A DNA stretch of 61,766 nucleotides, counting the filler, from Syncephalis fuscata S228 (taxonomy: Eukaryota; Fungi; Zoopagomycota): the NCBI GenBank assembly GCA_025786725.1. It is 4 parts of 4 records of this genome, joined end to end, with 100 filler letters (N's around TTAATTAATTAA, not from the genome) between each part and the next. Parts side by side here need not be neighbours in the genome. Positions count along the whole stretch, not along the records: positions 15,491 to 31,438 come from JAHLTZ010000207.1; positions 31,539 to 49,378 come from JAHLTZ010000190.1; 2 more parts are not named here. The stretch is one strand, 5' to 3'. How positions within the stretch are numbered: the first letter of the stretch is position 1; every line of letters starts with the position of its first letter. The notes beneath the pieces were generated by a model, which had not been told where the DNA came from, did not search any database, and saw only the letters and a list, made by a program, of their open reading frames with translations. Made by a program: the position numbers and the translations under genes. Shown piece after piece: positions 23,283-34,500 of this stretch.

Positions 23283-25907
23283 TTAAGCTTTAGAAATATT
23301 AATCATGACGTTGGGTGAGCGCCATACATCATAATCACTATTCTTAGTGGCATCCCCATATGGACGAAGCACCATTAATTCAAAATAATAGACTCCGTTT
23401 GCAAGATTGGCATCTTTGGATGTGTTTGTACCATCTACAACCGCATTACCATACCAATTGAACTTTTGATTAGCTCTATACGTAGCGTGTCTTCGGGGAA
23501 GGTTATCTTTAAAAGATTCAGGAATGGCGCCAACTACTTTTTTGGTAGCGGCATCATATATGCGCGTTTTTGCGTGTAAACTAGGATATTCGACATCATA
23601 CGACACAGCCATGACTTCATGGCCAGTCATTACATAGGGCGTTGTCGTGTCTAACGGTGGAATGGGCGTATTTGTTAGTCTATCAGTCATTTCAATGGTA
23701 GGATCCTGCTTTAAAACGTGTATATCGCTTAAACGTCCTTTAATACCAAGATATGGTACATATATGGCATCATTTGATGGCGTGTTGTTTGAGTTTGTAG
23801 CTGGATCAAATACAATATAGCCTGAATATACCCATTTCTCAGCTTCAGGGAGCGTACTAGGTGGCGTGATTAACACATCAATGCTGCTGATTTGACCAGC
23901 GGCAATTTTTACATGAGTAGATGAAAAGTTAACACTAGCTGGTGCTTCGCGCGTCTCGGGCTGGGACATTACTAAACCATTGGCATCCAAACCACGTGCG
24001 GCTACAGCTGGAACGTGGGTAACGGTGTAGACGCGATCAGACTTTGACAAATTGGTAATATGCACAGTTCGATTGCGTGCATCACCATTGTGATTGCCAG
24101 GATATTGTGTGTCGTTAAGAGCAAGCCGTGATGGCGTAACAAGCGTGGTGCCAAAAATGGCTCGTTCAACATTAAGCAAGCCGGCGCCTTGACGTGCAAC
24201 CGAGCTGATGAGAGTTTTGTCTTTAACTTCCGTGGCGGGACGAGCAGTGTTTTGGAACAGCTGGTGTAGACGAGTACGATCAACCTTCTCAGCGCCAGTG
24301 CCCAATTTATTATCGATACCATTAACTTGTAGATAAAGTGCTATGGATCCGGCAACATATGGAGCAGCCATTGATGTACCACTCCTGATACCGTATTTAC
24401 CCATAGGCAATGGCTCGGTTGAGTAAATAAAGCCACCGGGAGCACCAATATCTGGTTTGATCTCAGCTTTGAAACTAGGTCCCCATGATGAAAAGTCGGA
24501 CAAGTGGCCTGCTGTAGGCACATCTACTATAGTTTGTTTATCAAATAAAACTTTTTGACTTGGATTGTTCGCTAGACTTTTGGTAATCGCTTCGCCACTT
24601 GCTTTTTCAACAGTTGCCACATCGATGTTAATATCTGGCCTCATTGGAAAGCGCATTGGACCTGGCGTAATCTTGTGAATGATAATGGCAGCAGCACCAG
24701 CCTTCTCAGCATTCAAGCTCTTTACTTCCGGGGCACAATTGCTTTCTTGGACTAGTATAACTTTTTCGTTTACTTCGGGCCCAAACGGCTTGCATCCGAA
24801 TACGTTGTCGGCGGGGCCAGCCACAACAATATCTGTAGCGTTTATTTTAATAGATCCAATCCCATTAATTAACGTATAAGTAAAGGTGGTATCAATCGCT
24901 GAACTGAGAGCCAGTGCAGGTACTGAGTTTTTGAGGTTATCAAGCGCTGCAACAGAGAAAGCGCTAGGTGCAACAGAAGGAGTACTGACCTCCCAGAGAC
25001 CGGCATGTCCTGTGTTGCCGGCCGATGCTACAACAATCAAACCTTTTTGCGCAAGTATCTCTGCCATAAAAGCCTTACTAGACTGAGGAATAGCACCAGC
25101 TTCACCAAGCGACAGATTTACAATGTCCATACCATCGGCATAGGCACGATCTAATGCGGCAATGACGGCATCGTCTGCCGTGTCTCCGCTACAGCTAAAT
25201 ACTTTATAGGCACCAAATGTAACTTCTGGAGCGACACCGAGAAATGCTTCGTCATGTGCGCCAATAATACCAGCCACGTGTGTACCATGTCCAAAACATG
25301 TATCGCGAGGATCTGCACTTTGAACAATACTACTTGTTGTGCTATTGAAATTGTTGCCGACAAAGTCCCATCCATAGGCGACACGGCATTTTGGACCAAA
25401 GCAGCCTCCTAAGGCTGGGTGCATGTAATCGATGCCGCTGTCGACAACACCAACCTTAACACCTTTGCCATAGGCTTTGTATTTTTTGTGCATCACATCC
25501 ACGCCCGTCATACCATGCGTGTATGATAATGGGTTGTCTTTTTTTGGTTGCTGTGGTCTAACACCAGGACCGGCTATTTGGTCAATTGGCCAAATACTCT
25601 TTACACCAGATATATCGTTGATAGTTTTATAATTTTTGCTATCAGTATCGATACTGATGGCGTTCACGGCAGCGGTAAGTGAATAGCGCACACGGAAATT
25701 AATGCTAAGCTTTGTCAAGCTATCGCGAAATGTAGCCTGCTGAGTAGCATCGTCGAGATAAATCATAAAAACATTATCAATTGTACCGACATTTGTTGCT
25801 GGTGCAAATACAGTAGGAGGTTGGCTTGGGACTTGTGCTTTTACTTGAGCCAGCACATCATTGGTGGCAAGTGCCAGCAATAAAGCAGCTAAAAGAATAG
25901 GCTTCAT
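23283..25907 (-). CDS. Secreted subtilisin-like S8 serine protease with PA and Fn3-like domains, 874 aa
   Basis: Signal peptide; VGVVDSGID, GHGTHVAG, SGTSMAAP catalytic triad; PA insert; intronless. Confidence 0.96.
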   Translation of the reverse strand: MKPILLAALLLALATNDVLAQVKAQVPSQPPTVFAPATNVGTIDNVFMIYLDDATQQATFRDSLTKLSINFRVRYSLTAAVNAISIDTDSKNYKTINDISGVKSIWPIDQIAGPGVRPQQPKKDNPLSYTHGMTGVDVMHKKYKAYGKGVKVGVVDSGIDYMHPALGGCFGPKCRVAYGWDFVGNNFNSTTSSIVQSADPRDTCFGHGTHVAGIIGAHDEAFLGVAPEVTFGAYKVFSCSGDTADDAVIAALDRAYADGMDIVNLSLGEAGAIPQSSKAFMAEILAQKGLIVVASAGNTGHAGLWEVSTPSVAPSAFSVAALDNLKNSVPALALSSAIDTTFTYTLINGIGSIKINATDIVVAGPADNVFGCKPFGPEVNEKVILVQESNCAPEVKSLNAEKAGAAAIIIHKITPGPMRFPMRPDINIDVATVEKASGEAITKSLANNPSQKVLFDKQTIVDVPTAGHLSDFSSWGPSFKAEIKPDIGAPGGFIYSTEPLPMGKYGIRSGTSMAAPYVAGSIALYLQVNGIDNKLGTGAEKVDRTRLHQLFQNTARPATEVKDKTLISSVARQGAGLLNVERAIFGTTLVTPSRLALNDTQYPGNHNGDARNRTVHITNLSKSDRVYTVTHVPAVAARGLDANGLVMSQPETREAPASVNFSSTHVKIAAGQISSIDVLITPPSTLPEAEKWVYSGYIVFDPATNSNNTPSNDAIYVPYLGIKGRLSDIHVLKQDPTIEMTDRLTNTPIPPLDTTTPYVMTGHEVMAVSYDVEYPSLHAKTRIYDAATKKVVGAIPESFKDNLPRRHATYRANQKFNWYGNAVVDGTNTSKDANLANGVYYFELMVLRPYGDATKNSDYDVWRSPNVMINISKA

Positions 25908-26527
25908 TGGATGATTAGACTGATTATATTATTGTCTAATAACTGCAAATGCAAATATAGTAAATTGTTAAACAGAATAATAAGGATGAAATGGATTGCT
26001 AGTAGATAGCTTATAACTGTGAATGATTTGTATTGTAGATAATTTAAGCAAAAAACATGAGATTTATATAGCTTCAGCGGTATCAGTGCAACTCATATAT
26101 GAATAATAACCTGTTTATTTACAAGCTGGCTTTGCCAAGATTATTTTTTAAAAAAGTACTTGATAGCTCATATTCACAAAGTCCTCAATTTTCTAGGATA
26201 AGGCCTATTTTTAAATAAAAATAACCTGCTCATAGAAATGCTTTATCTATTTGCATCACATGCCATTCATTATAGCTATAACTATGATATTTGAGGAATT
26301 GCCAACAATAAACATATACGTAACTTGTGTTTGCCTTGATTAAAGCCTTTGAAAGTAGAAATACGTCGTGTGCTTCATAAATACGACATACATTGAGTTT
26401 TAATTGGCAGATTCTAGTCATTTAAGCCAATTATTATTATACAACGATACTTAATAAATAACTCATATATAAATACTTATTTATTTATTGAATAAACATA
26501 ACTGCGTTATAATGGAAAACAGCTATT

Positions 26528-26821
26528 TCAACTAAAGCAAATTGTTATCTTTTGCATTAGAGAGAAAGAAAAGGACGATTTCCTGCTATTAAATTCCAAT
26601 GAATTTCATTATTATATTTTGACTAAATGTAATAATATCAAGTCTATTTAGTATCAGTACACTGTACTGCATCTTTTGTATTTGCGCACAACATGTATTA
26701 TGGTTTGTTCAAATAGACGTAATATTGTTCAGTGATTTAGTTTACACTAAACTCCGATTTGCTAAAAATCAGCCAATATAATAGATTTAGTGAATCCATT
26801 GGATTATTAGACAATAAATCG
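26528..26821. repeat. ~290 bp inverted repeat, left copy
   Basis: Reverse complement of 30316-30606. Confidence 0.9.
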
Positions 26822-27606
26822 ATAGTACTCAGTATCGTATAGATTCAATCGTATCATAGGCAGTGAGAGCGATATAATGCAGTTACGGATCATGCTGGCT
26901 ACTAAAGAAAAGAAAACATTTCAAATAGCCATTAATTCAACGCCACACTTGATACACTTCCTATTGTTCATTTGTCATACCTCATATCATTATGCACTCT
27001 ACGCTACATGTGCTATTTAGAAATGCTACCTATCTGTCTCTGGCTTTATTGGCTGTAAATTTCTTTTTATTTTGCCTATGTTGCTACCAGTTTACATTTT
27101 ATAGTAAATCACTGTAGTTTTTTTATGACTTGTATGAAAAAAAATAGTAAGCGACAAGTATCAAACATTTATATATTCTTAGTCAGCAACAATGTTGATA
27201 AGTATTGCCATTGCTGGTATAAACCAGCATGAAGTTAATACAAATGTAAAACATAATGTTGAGCGCCTATAGTGTTGCCCAACCAAAAGTAAATTGATCA
27301 ATTAGTTTTAAAACTGTCAGTGGCTGTATTATTTAATAATGTATAAACAATAATAACAAGAGGTGGATAAATGAGTTAATCTTGATAAATTATAATTAAA
27401 TATTTATTATTACTATTAATTAACTAATTAATAAATTTGTTGCTCAATATTGGTCGTTACTTTGTATTGCCATTTTGAAAACGGACTTTGCAACTTTCCA
27501 TACTGCTTTAGACCAATATTTGTTAATTTTCTAATTCTATCAATATCATAGCTAAGAATAGGCGATAGCATGCATTATAATTTTATAAACATCATTAATT
27601 TACTAA

Positions 27607-29790
27607 TTAATTAGAAACAATACTCGCATCGACAGTCGCTCCAATGCAACTAATAGTATCAACCAAAGCATCAATATCGGATTCATGTATACTTGAATGC
27701 ATCGGAATACGGAAAAAAGTGGCTTATTTGGCAATGGAGCATGATCCACCTACGATATTGATAGCATAAACAGCAAGTTACTAGACCATTATACAACTCT
27801 TACCTGAAACCTTCCGGATTCATTAACTTGTTTATGAATGTATTTGTTACCTTGTTTAGTATAAATTGCCATTGCTCCGGATTTCTCTCCTTCAAATCCT
27901 TATCAATCCATGAAGGAAAATACCTGTTACACATAAGTATTGGGTTTATATTTTTACAAACACATTTCTTACCAAAAGCAAACGTTAAATGTGCCAACTG
28001 GGCTAACTAAACAAAAATTGTTTCTATTTTTAAGAGTGTTGACAAAATATCTTGCCAATTCAAATGAACGATCGACACGTTGATTAAATCCCTAGATTTA
28101 AACAGTTGAGTCATCTATACTATTAGATAATTGGATTAAACTACCTTTGTACCATAATACTTCCAAGCTAAAAATAGCTTCAAGGCATCTCCGCGACGGC
28201 CACAACCAATACTGCCATCTCCCAGATCATAAACATTGCCATGAAATAGATAACCAGCCTTGCTTGCATTTGCTTCATGAAGTATTTTTTGGCTACGTAC
28301 AATTATTAACGAGCATTGCACGGGAACACCAAGCATTTTATGAGGATTGATAGTAAACGAGTCGGCCTATTGAATAGTGTTAGTCAACAATCCAATTATA
28401 GTTGCTTTTACCTACCATTGATAATCCGTTAGTTAAACTATTGTAATTTTCAGAGAAAATGACTGAGCCACCGTAGCTGCCATCAACATGAAGCCAAAGA
28501 TTGTAACGTTGGGTAATCATCCCAATCTCTTCAAATGGATCAAATGCCGCCTGCCAAAATAATGTGTTAATGTAAAATACATGGTTAAACCATCATCGCA
28601 ATATCTTACCATAACTGTTGTCCCGGCAGTTGCATTAACGTAGAATGGTGATTCACCGCGATGTAGCGATTCTTGTACACAGCGATCTATACTATCATCA
28701 GCAACAGTGATACAAAAAACCTTAAATAACCGACCTAATTCACTGGCAATCATGCGGCCTTGTTCATCACACGGCACTTTAATGACTTGGTCTATGCCAA
28801 TGCCCATTGCCATTGCTGCTTTGTCAACGCTATAATGACCTTGCGCAGACGTAAACATGGTCAACACTTCGCCACGACGTCCACCCTCCTATAGTAGCAG
28901 TTTAGATCATATAATCGGCCATTCTAGCTATTTACCCGCTTAATATGTGGAAATTTAACATTACGGGCCGTAATAGCGGAAAGTAGATTGGATGCAGAAC
29001 CTCCTGGACAAACTAGACCTCCTGCCTCCTATTAGACAGGCAAGTAAGCAATCATTTTTTTTACAGATCAACTCTATAAAAATAACTACTTACTGATCCA
29101 AAGCCGATTAAATTGCCAATTTGCTGGCAGACTTGCATTTCCATTAGTGTCACTACCGGCGATACATGGTAGACGTGAACGTTGGCATTCAAAATGCCCA
29201 ATAACAGTTCACTCAGCACACCTGTAGATTACCTTTTAGCCTTTGCCAGTTATTTAGCATTAGTAAACTTGCCTATAGGATTTGTACTAGCATATAATTT
29301 ATCCATAAACCGTGGGTTCCACGGATTGACACTATACTTTAAAGTATCATCCACCAATGGCCAGATGCCTACAATTATAAACTTAATCATCTTGTTAAGT
29401 ATGTCATTTTTCTACTTTACCATCAAGACCAAGGCCCGTATCGGGTAAGGCAAAATCTATTTGTTTTTGAAGTTCGGAAGGAGGCAATGACCGTACTACA
29501 GGTGTTTGTAGACACTTGCCATCTTGTACGACTATGTACCCTTTATTTAGTATCACTGGTACACTGCGCCATTGTTACTTACAGTCAACGGCCATCTTTC
29601 GTATTTTACTTAAAATAACATCAAGCTCTGCGGCATCCGGACATAAGCTATGCTTTGTATCATCTATAGGTATATGGTCAATGTCTACACCACGAAGGTC
29701 AACTGGAACCGGCGCAGGAGACCGTGGAGGTGTAGGTTGATAATCGACTAATATCGATGAATTCATTGGTACTTGAGAGACTGGATTCAT
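27607..29790 (-). CDS. Group II PLP-dependent decarboxylase (GAD/CSAD/aspartate decarboxylase-like), multi-exon
   Basis: FMDKLYAST, CPGGSASNL, GHYSVDKAA, ATAGTTV, LWLHVDGSYGG, INPHKMLGVP (PLP Lys), GCGRRGDALKLFLAW. Confidence 0.92.
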
Positions 29791-30315
29791 GGCACAGCAA
29801 TATAGTATGAGGATTTGAATAAAATGTATTGTCAGTTATGTTGGAATAGATGGTGCAATAAAATCAATCATTTATATGTCGTCCGCCACTAATGACGATA
29901 GTCTATGACTAACATCATTGTTTTCATTGGTTGTTTTGCACGAACACGGCCATTAAAACATCATTCATACCAGCTATTTACTATACCGGATACTCACCGT
30001 TTCAAGATATGACGTTTGTCAGAATACTACTTCAAGAAGTGACCACGCAGGTGCGAGTGCTTTTTGAGTTTAGCCATACTGTTGTGGAAGTATCGGAGTA
30101 AATACTCGGGAACTTGGAAAACTATTTTTATTGGTCAATCATTGATAGTAAATTCCCATGCGGCAACAAATAGATCCGAATCTTGGAACTGTTCATTGAT
30201 CCGAATTTTCAAGCAGATGACCAATGATGTCTCATCTATTAACAGCACACGATAATAAAGAATCAATCAAAGTATTATTATTTGCACCGATTAGGGAGAG
30301 GAAACAGAGAAAGAA

Positions 30316-30606
30316 CGATTTATTGTCTAATAATCCAATGATTCACTAAATCTATTATATTGGCTGATTTTTAACAAATCAGAGTTTAGTGTAAACTAAA
30401 TCACTGAACAATATTACGTCTATTTGAACAAACCATAATACATGTTGTGCGCAAATACAAAAGATGCAGTACAGTGTACTGATACTAAATAGACTTGATA
30501 TTATTACATTTAGTCAAATATAAATAATGAAATCATTAGGAATTTAATAGCAGAAATCGTCCTTTCTTTCTCTCTAATGCAAAAGATAACAATTTGCTTT
30601 AGTTGA
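30316..30606. repeat. ~290 bp inverted repeat, right copy
   Basis: Reverse complement of 26528-26821. Confidence 0.9.
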
Positions 30607-30617
30607 TTAATTATATC

Positions 30618-31438
30618 TCAAGCTTTTGGTGCCAATGGATACTTTTTATATTGTTCCAAATATTTCTGTGGCGTTGGAACTTTGTAAACACTGGCATCCA
30701 TTAAAAGTTTGATTTTGTCGACCAGCGATTTCATGATTTGTTTAGATGTAGCTACGCCTATGGCTGCCGGTATCTTAGACGTACCTGCGTTGAAAAAGAA
30801 TTCGTCGCGAAAATCGTTTATGCTAGGTTCCCAATATAGTCTGGTTGCCGATACCATTTCATAAATGGTCCTGCCGATAGCTTGCGTGTCCTTCTTCATG
30901 ATGTAGAAATCCTGACGCTGATCACGCGGATTATTGCGTCGTGGTTTACCGTTTTGGTCATAATCCAGCGGCATTGATTCTTCATAGCCACTTATCCTCA
31001 CTTTTGGTTTGCCAAATGTACTAAGATTTACGCATATTCCTATTAAGAATAGACTATATTATTATTATTGATACAATTGGCAGACTTTTAGCTTACTATT
31101 AGGAGAAAGATTGCCATAAGTTCTGCCAGCACGGTGTAAATAAGCAATACCTGCGGATTTTGTTAGTAGCTGATCATATTATACCAAAATAATATCCTAC
31201 CACGCATTATTTGCTCCATTAACTTGGGCACAACCAAGGCTTTTCTCATTGCTGACATTCCACTGGTATATGTTATAACTGATTTCTCACAGTAGGATTC
31301 TGTTATGTAACAGCGTCCATCTTCCAAAGGAATGGAAAGTAAAAAAGTAAAGGGACAGTAAGAAAATTCTTTTTCCATCCATCGATACTCCTCGAAGATT
31401 TTTCCCCGCCATTATAAGACTCTAATATTTGTAAGTTT
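30618..31438 (-). CDS. Protein kinase-like (pseudokinase) C-terminal part, 5'-truncated by contig end
   Basis: Spliced LMEQIMRGIAYLHRAGRTYGNLSPNRICVN..KPKVRISGYEE..KKDTQAIGRTIYEMV follows kinase subdomains VIa-IX. Confidence 0.7.
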
Positions 31439-31538
31439 NNNNNNNNNNNNNNNNNNNNNNNNNNNNNNNNNNNNNNNNNNNNTTAATTAATTAANNNNNN
31501 NNNNNNNNNNNNNNNNNNNNNNNNNNNNNNNNNNNNNN
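31439..31538. other. Artificial contig linker
   Basis: N44-TTAATTAATTAA-N44. Confidence 0.98.
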
Positions 31539-34500
31539 TTTTGAATATATAGATCGACGCACCATATTATTGCGGTCGAACGAGTGGTCCTGTGTATTTT
31601 TAGAGCAATTATCCGTAGAATTAAAAATACGGGAGTTCTAGTTTGCTGGTTATAGGGGATATTTAGGATTTCGTGAAATATGCCACTATAAACTAGTCAT
31701 CAAACTCCCGTATTTTTAACTCTACGGATAATTGCTCTAAAAATACACAGGACCACTCGTTCGACCGCAATGATATGGTGCGTCGATCTATATATTCAAA
31801 AAATCGCCAAAAATTTATCCAATGAATTAAAAATCAAAACATGCAAAAAGTGCCGTTTTTTGTATGGAGGTCCAACTCCGCGTATTTTTCACGCATTCCC
31901 ACGATTTTTGGCGATTTTTAGCATATCAGGATCGACGCGCCTGCTTCTTGCGGTTCGAACAAGTGGCACCGTGTATTTTTAGGACAAGTATCCGTGGAAT
32001 TAAAAATACGGGGAGTTGGGCCGTTTTTCCCAAAAAATCCACAAAAATCCAACAAAAATCGACCAAATATACGGCTAAAAAAGTTAATTAAAAGTTAACT
32101 AAAGTTAAGTAAAAAGTTAAGTAATATTGACTAGAAATGTAAGGGTATCCCTTGCTATTTTGTTAATAAATATAGACTAAAAGTTAACTAAAAGTTAAGT
32201 AATTAGTTAAGTAATTAACAATGTAATGATAACGTTTAACACTTAGTTAACTTGTTAATTACTTAACTAATTACTTAACTTTTAGTTAACTTTTAGTCTA
32301 TATTTATTAACAAAATAGCAAGGGATACCCTTACATTTCTAGTCAAATATTACTTAACTTTTTACTTAACTTTAGTTAACTTTTATTAACTTTTTTAGCC
32401 GTATATTTGGTCGATTTTTGTTGGATTTTTGTTGGATTTTTTGGGAAAAACGGCCCAACTCCCCGTATTTTTAATTCCACGGATACTTGTCCTAAAAATA
32501 CACGGTGCCACTTGTTCGAACCGCAAGAAGCAGGCGCGTCGATCCTGATATGCTAAAAATCGCCAAAAATCGTGGGAATGCGTGAAAAATACGCGGAGTT
32601 GGACCTCCATACAAAAAACGGCACTTTTTGCATGTTTTGATTTTTAATTCATTGGATAAATTTTTGGCGATTTTTTGAATATATAGATCGACGCACCATA
32701 TTATTGCGGTCGAACGAGTGGTCCTGTGTATTTTTAGAGCAAGTATCCGTAGAGTTAAAAATACGGGAGTTTGATGACTAGTTTATAGTGGCATATTTCA
32801 CGAAATCCTAAGATATCCCCTATAACCAGCAAACTAGAACTCCCGTATTTTTAACTCTACGGATACTTGCTCTAAAAATACACAGGACCACTCGTTCGAC
32901 CGCAATGATATGGTGCGTCGATCTATATATTCGAAAAAATCGCCAAAAATTTATCCAATGAATTAAAAATCAAAACATGCAAAAAGTGCCGTTTTTTGTA
33001 TGGAGGTCCAACTCCGCGTATTTTTCACGCATTCCCACGATTTTTGGCGATTTTTTAGCATATCAGGATCGACGCGCCTGCTTCTTGCGGTTCGAACAAG
33101 TGGCACCGTGTATTTTTAGGACAAGTATCCGTGGAATTAAAAATACGGGGAGTTGGGCCGTTTTTCCCAAAAAATCCAACAAAAATCCAACAAAAATCGA
33201 CCAAATATACGGCTAAAAAAGTTAATAAAAGTTAACTAAAGTTAAGTAAAAAGTTAAGTAATATTTGACTAGAAATGTAAGGGTATCCCTTGCTATTTTG
33301 TTAATAAATATAGACTAAAAGTTAACTAAAGTTAAGTAATTAGTTAAGTATTAAGTTAACTAATGGTAATGATAACCGTTTAACAACTTAGTTAACTTGT
33401 TAATTACTTAACTAATTACTTAACTTTTAGTTAACTTTTAGTCTATATTTATTAACAAAATAGCAAGGGATACCCTTACATTTCTAGTCAATATTACTTA
33501 ACTTTTTACTTAACTTTAGTTAACTTTTAGTTAACTTTTTTAGCCGTATATTTGGTCGATTTTTGTTGGATTTTTGTTGGATTTTTTGGGAAAAACGGCC
33601 CAACTCCCCGTATTTTTAATTCCACGGATACTTGTCCTAAAAATACACGGTGCCACTTGTTCGAACCGCAAGAAGCAGGCGCGTCGATCCTGATATGCTA
33701 AAAATCGCCAAAAATCGTGGGAATGCGTGAAAAATACGCGGAGTTGGACCTCCATACAAAAAACGGCACTTTTTGCATGTTTTGATTTTTAATTCATTGG
33801 ATAAATTTTTGGCGATTTTTTGAATATATAGATCGGCGCACCATATCATTGCGGTCGAACGAGTGGTCCTGTGTATTTTTAGAGCAAGTATCCGTAGAGT
33901 TAAAAATACGGGAGTTTGTTGCTGTTTATAGTGGCATATTTCACGAATCCTAAATATCCCCTATAACCAGCAACAGAACTCCCGTATTTTTAACTCTACG
34001 GATACTTGCTCTAAAAATACACAGGACCACTCGTTCGACCGCAATGATATGGTGCGTCGATCTATATATTCAAAAAAATCGCCAAAAATTTATCCAATGA
34101 ATTAAAAATCAAAACATGCAAAAAGTGCCGTTTTTTGTATGGAGGTCCAACTCCGCGTATTTTTCACGCATTCCCACGATTTTTGGCGATTTTTAGCATA
34201 TCAGGATCGACGCGCCTGCTTCTTGCGGTTCGAACAAGTGGCACCGTGTATTTTTAGGACAAGTATCCGTGGAATTAAAAATACGGGGAGTTGGGCCGTT
34301 TTTCCCAAAAAATCCGACAAAAATCCAACAAAAATCGACCAAATATACGGCTAAAAAAGTTAATAAAAGTTAACTAAAGTTAAGTAAAAAGTTAAGTAAT
34401 ATTTGACTAAAATGTAAGGGTATCCCTTGCTATTTTGTTAATAAATATAGACTAAAAGTTAACTAAAAGTTAAGTAATAGTTAAGTAATTAACAATTAAC

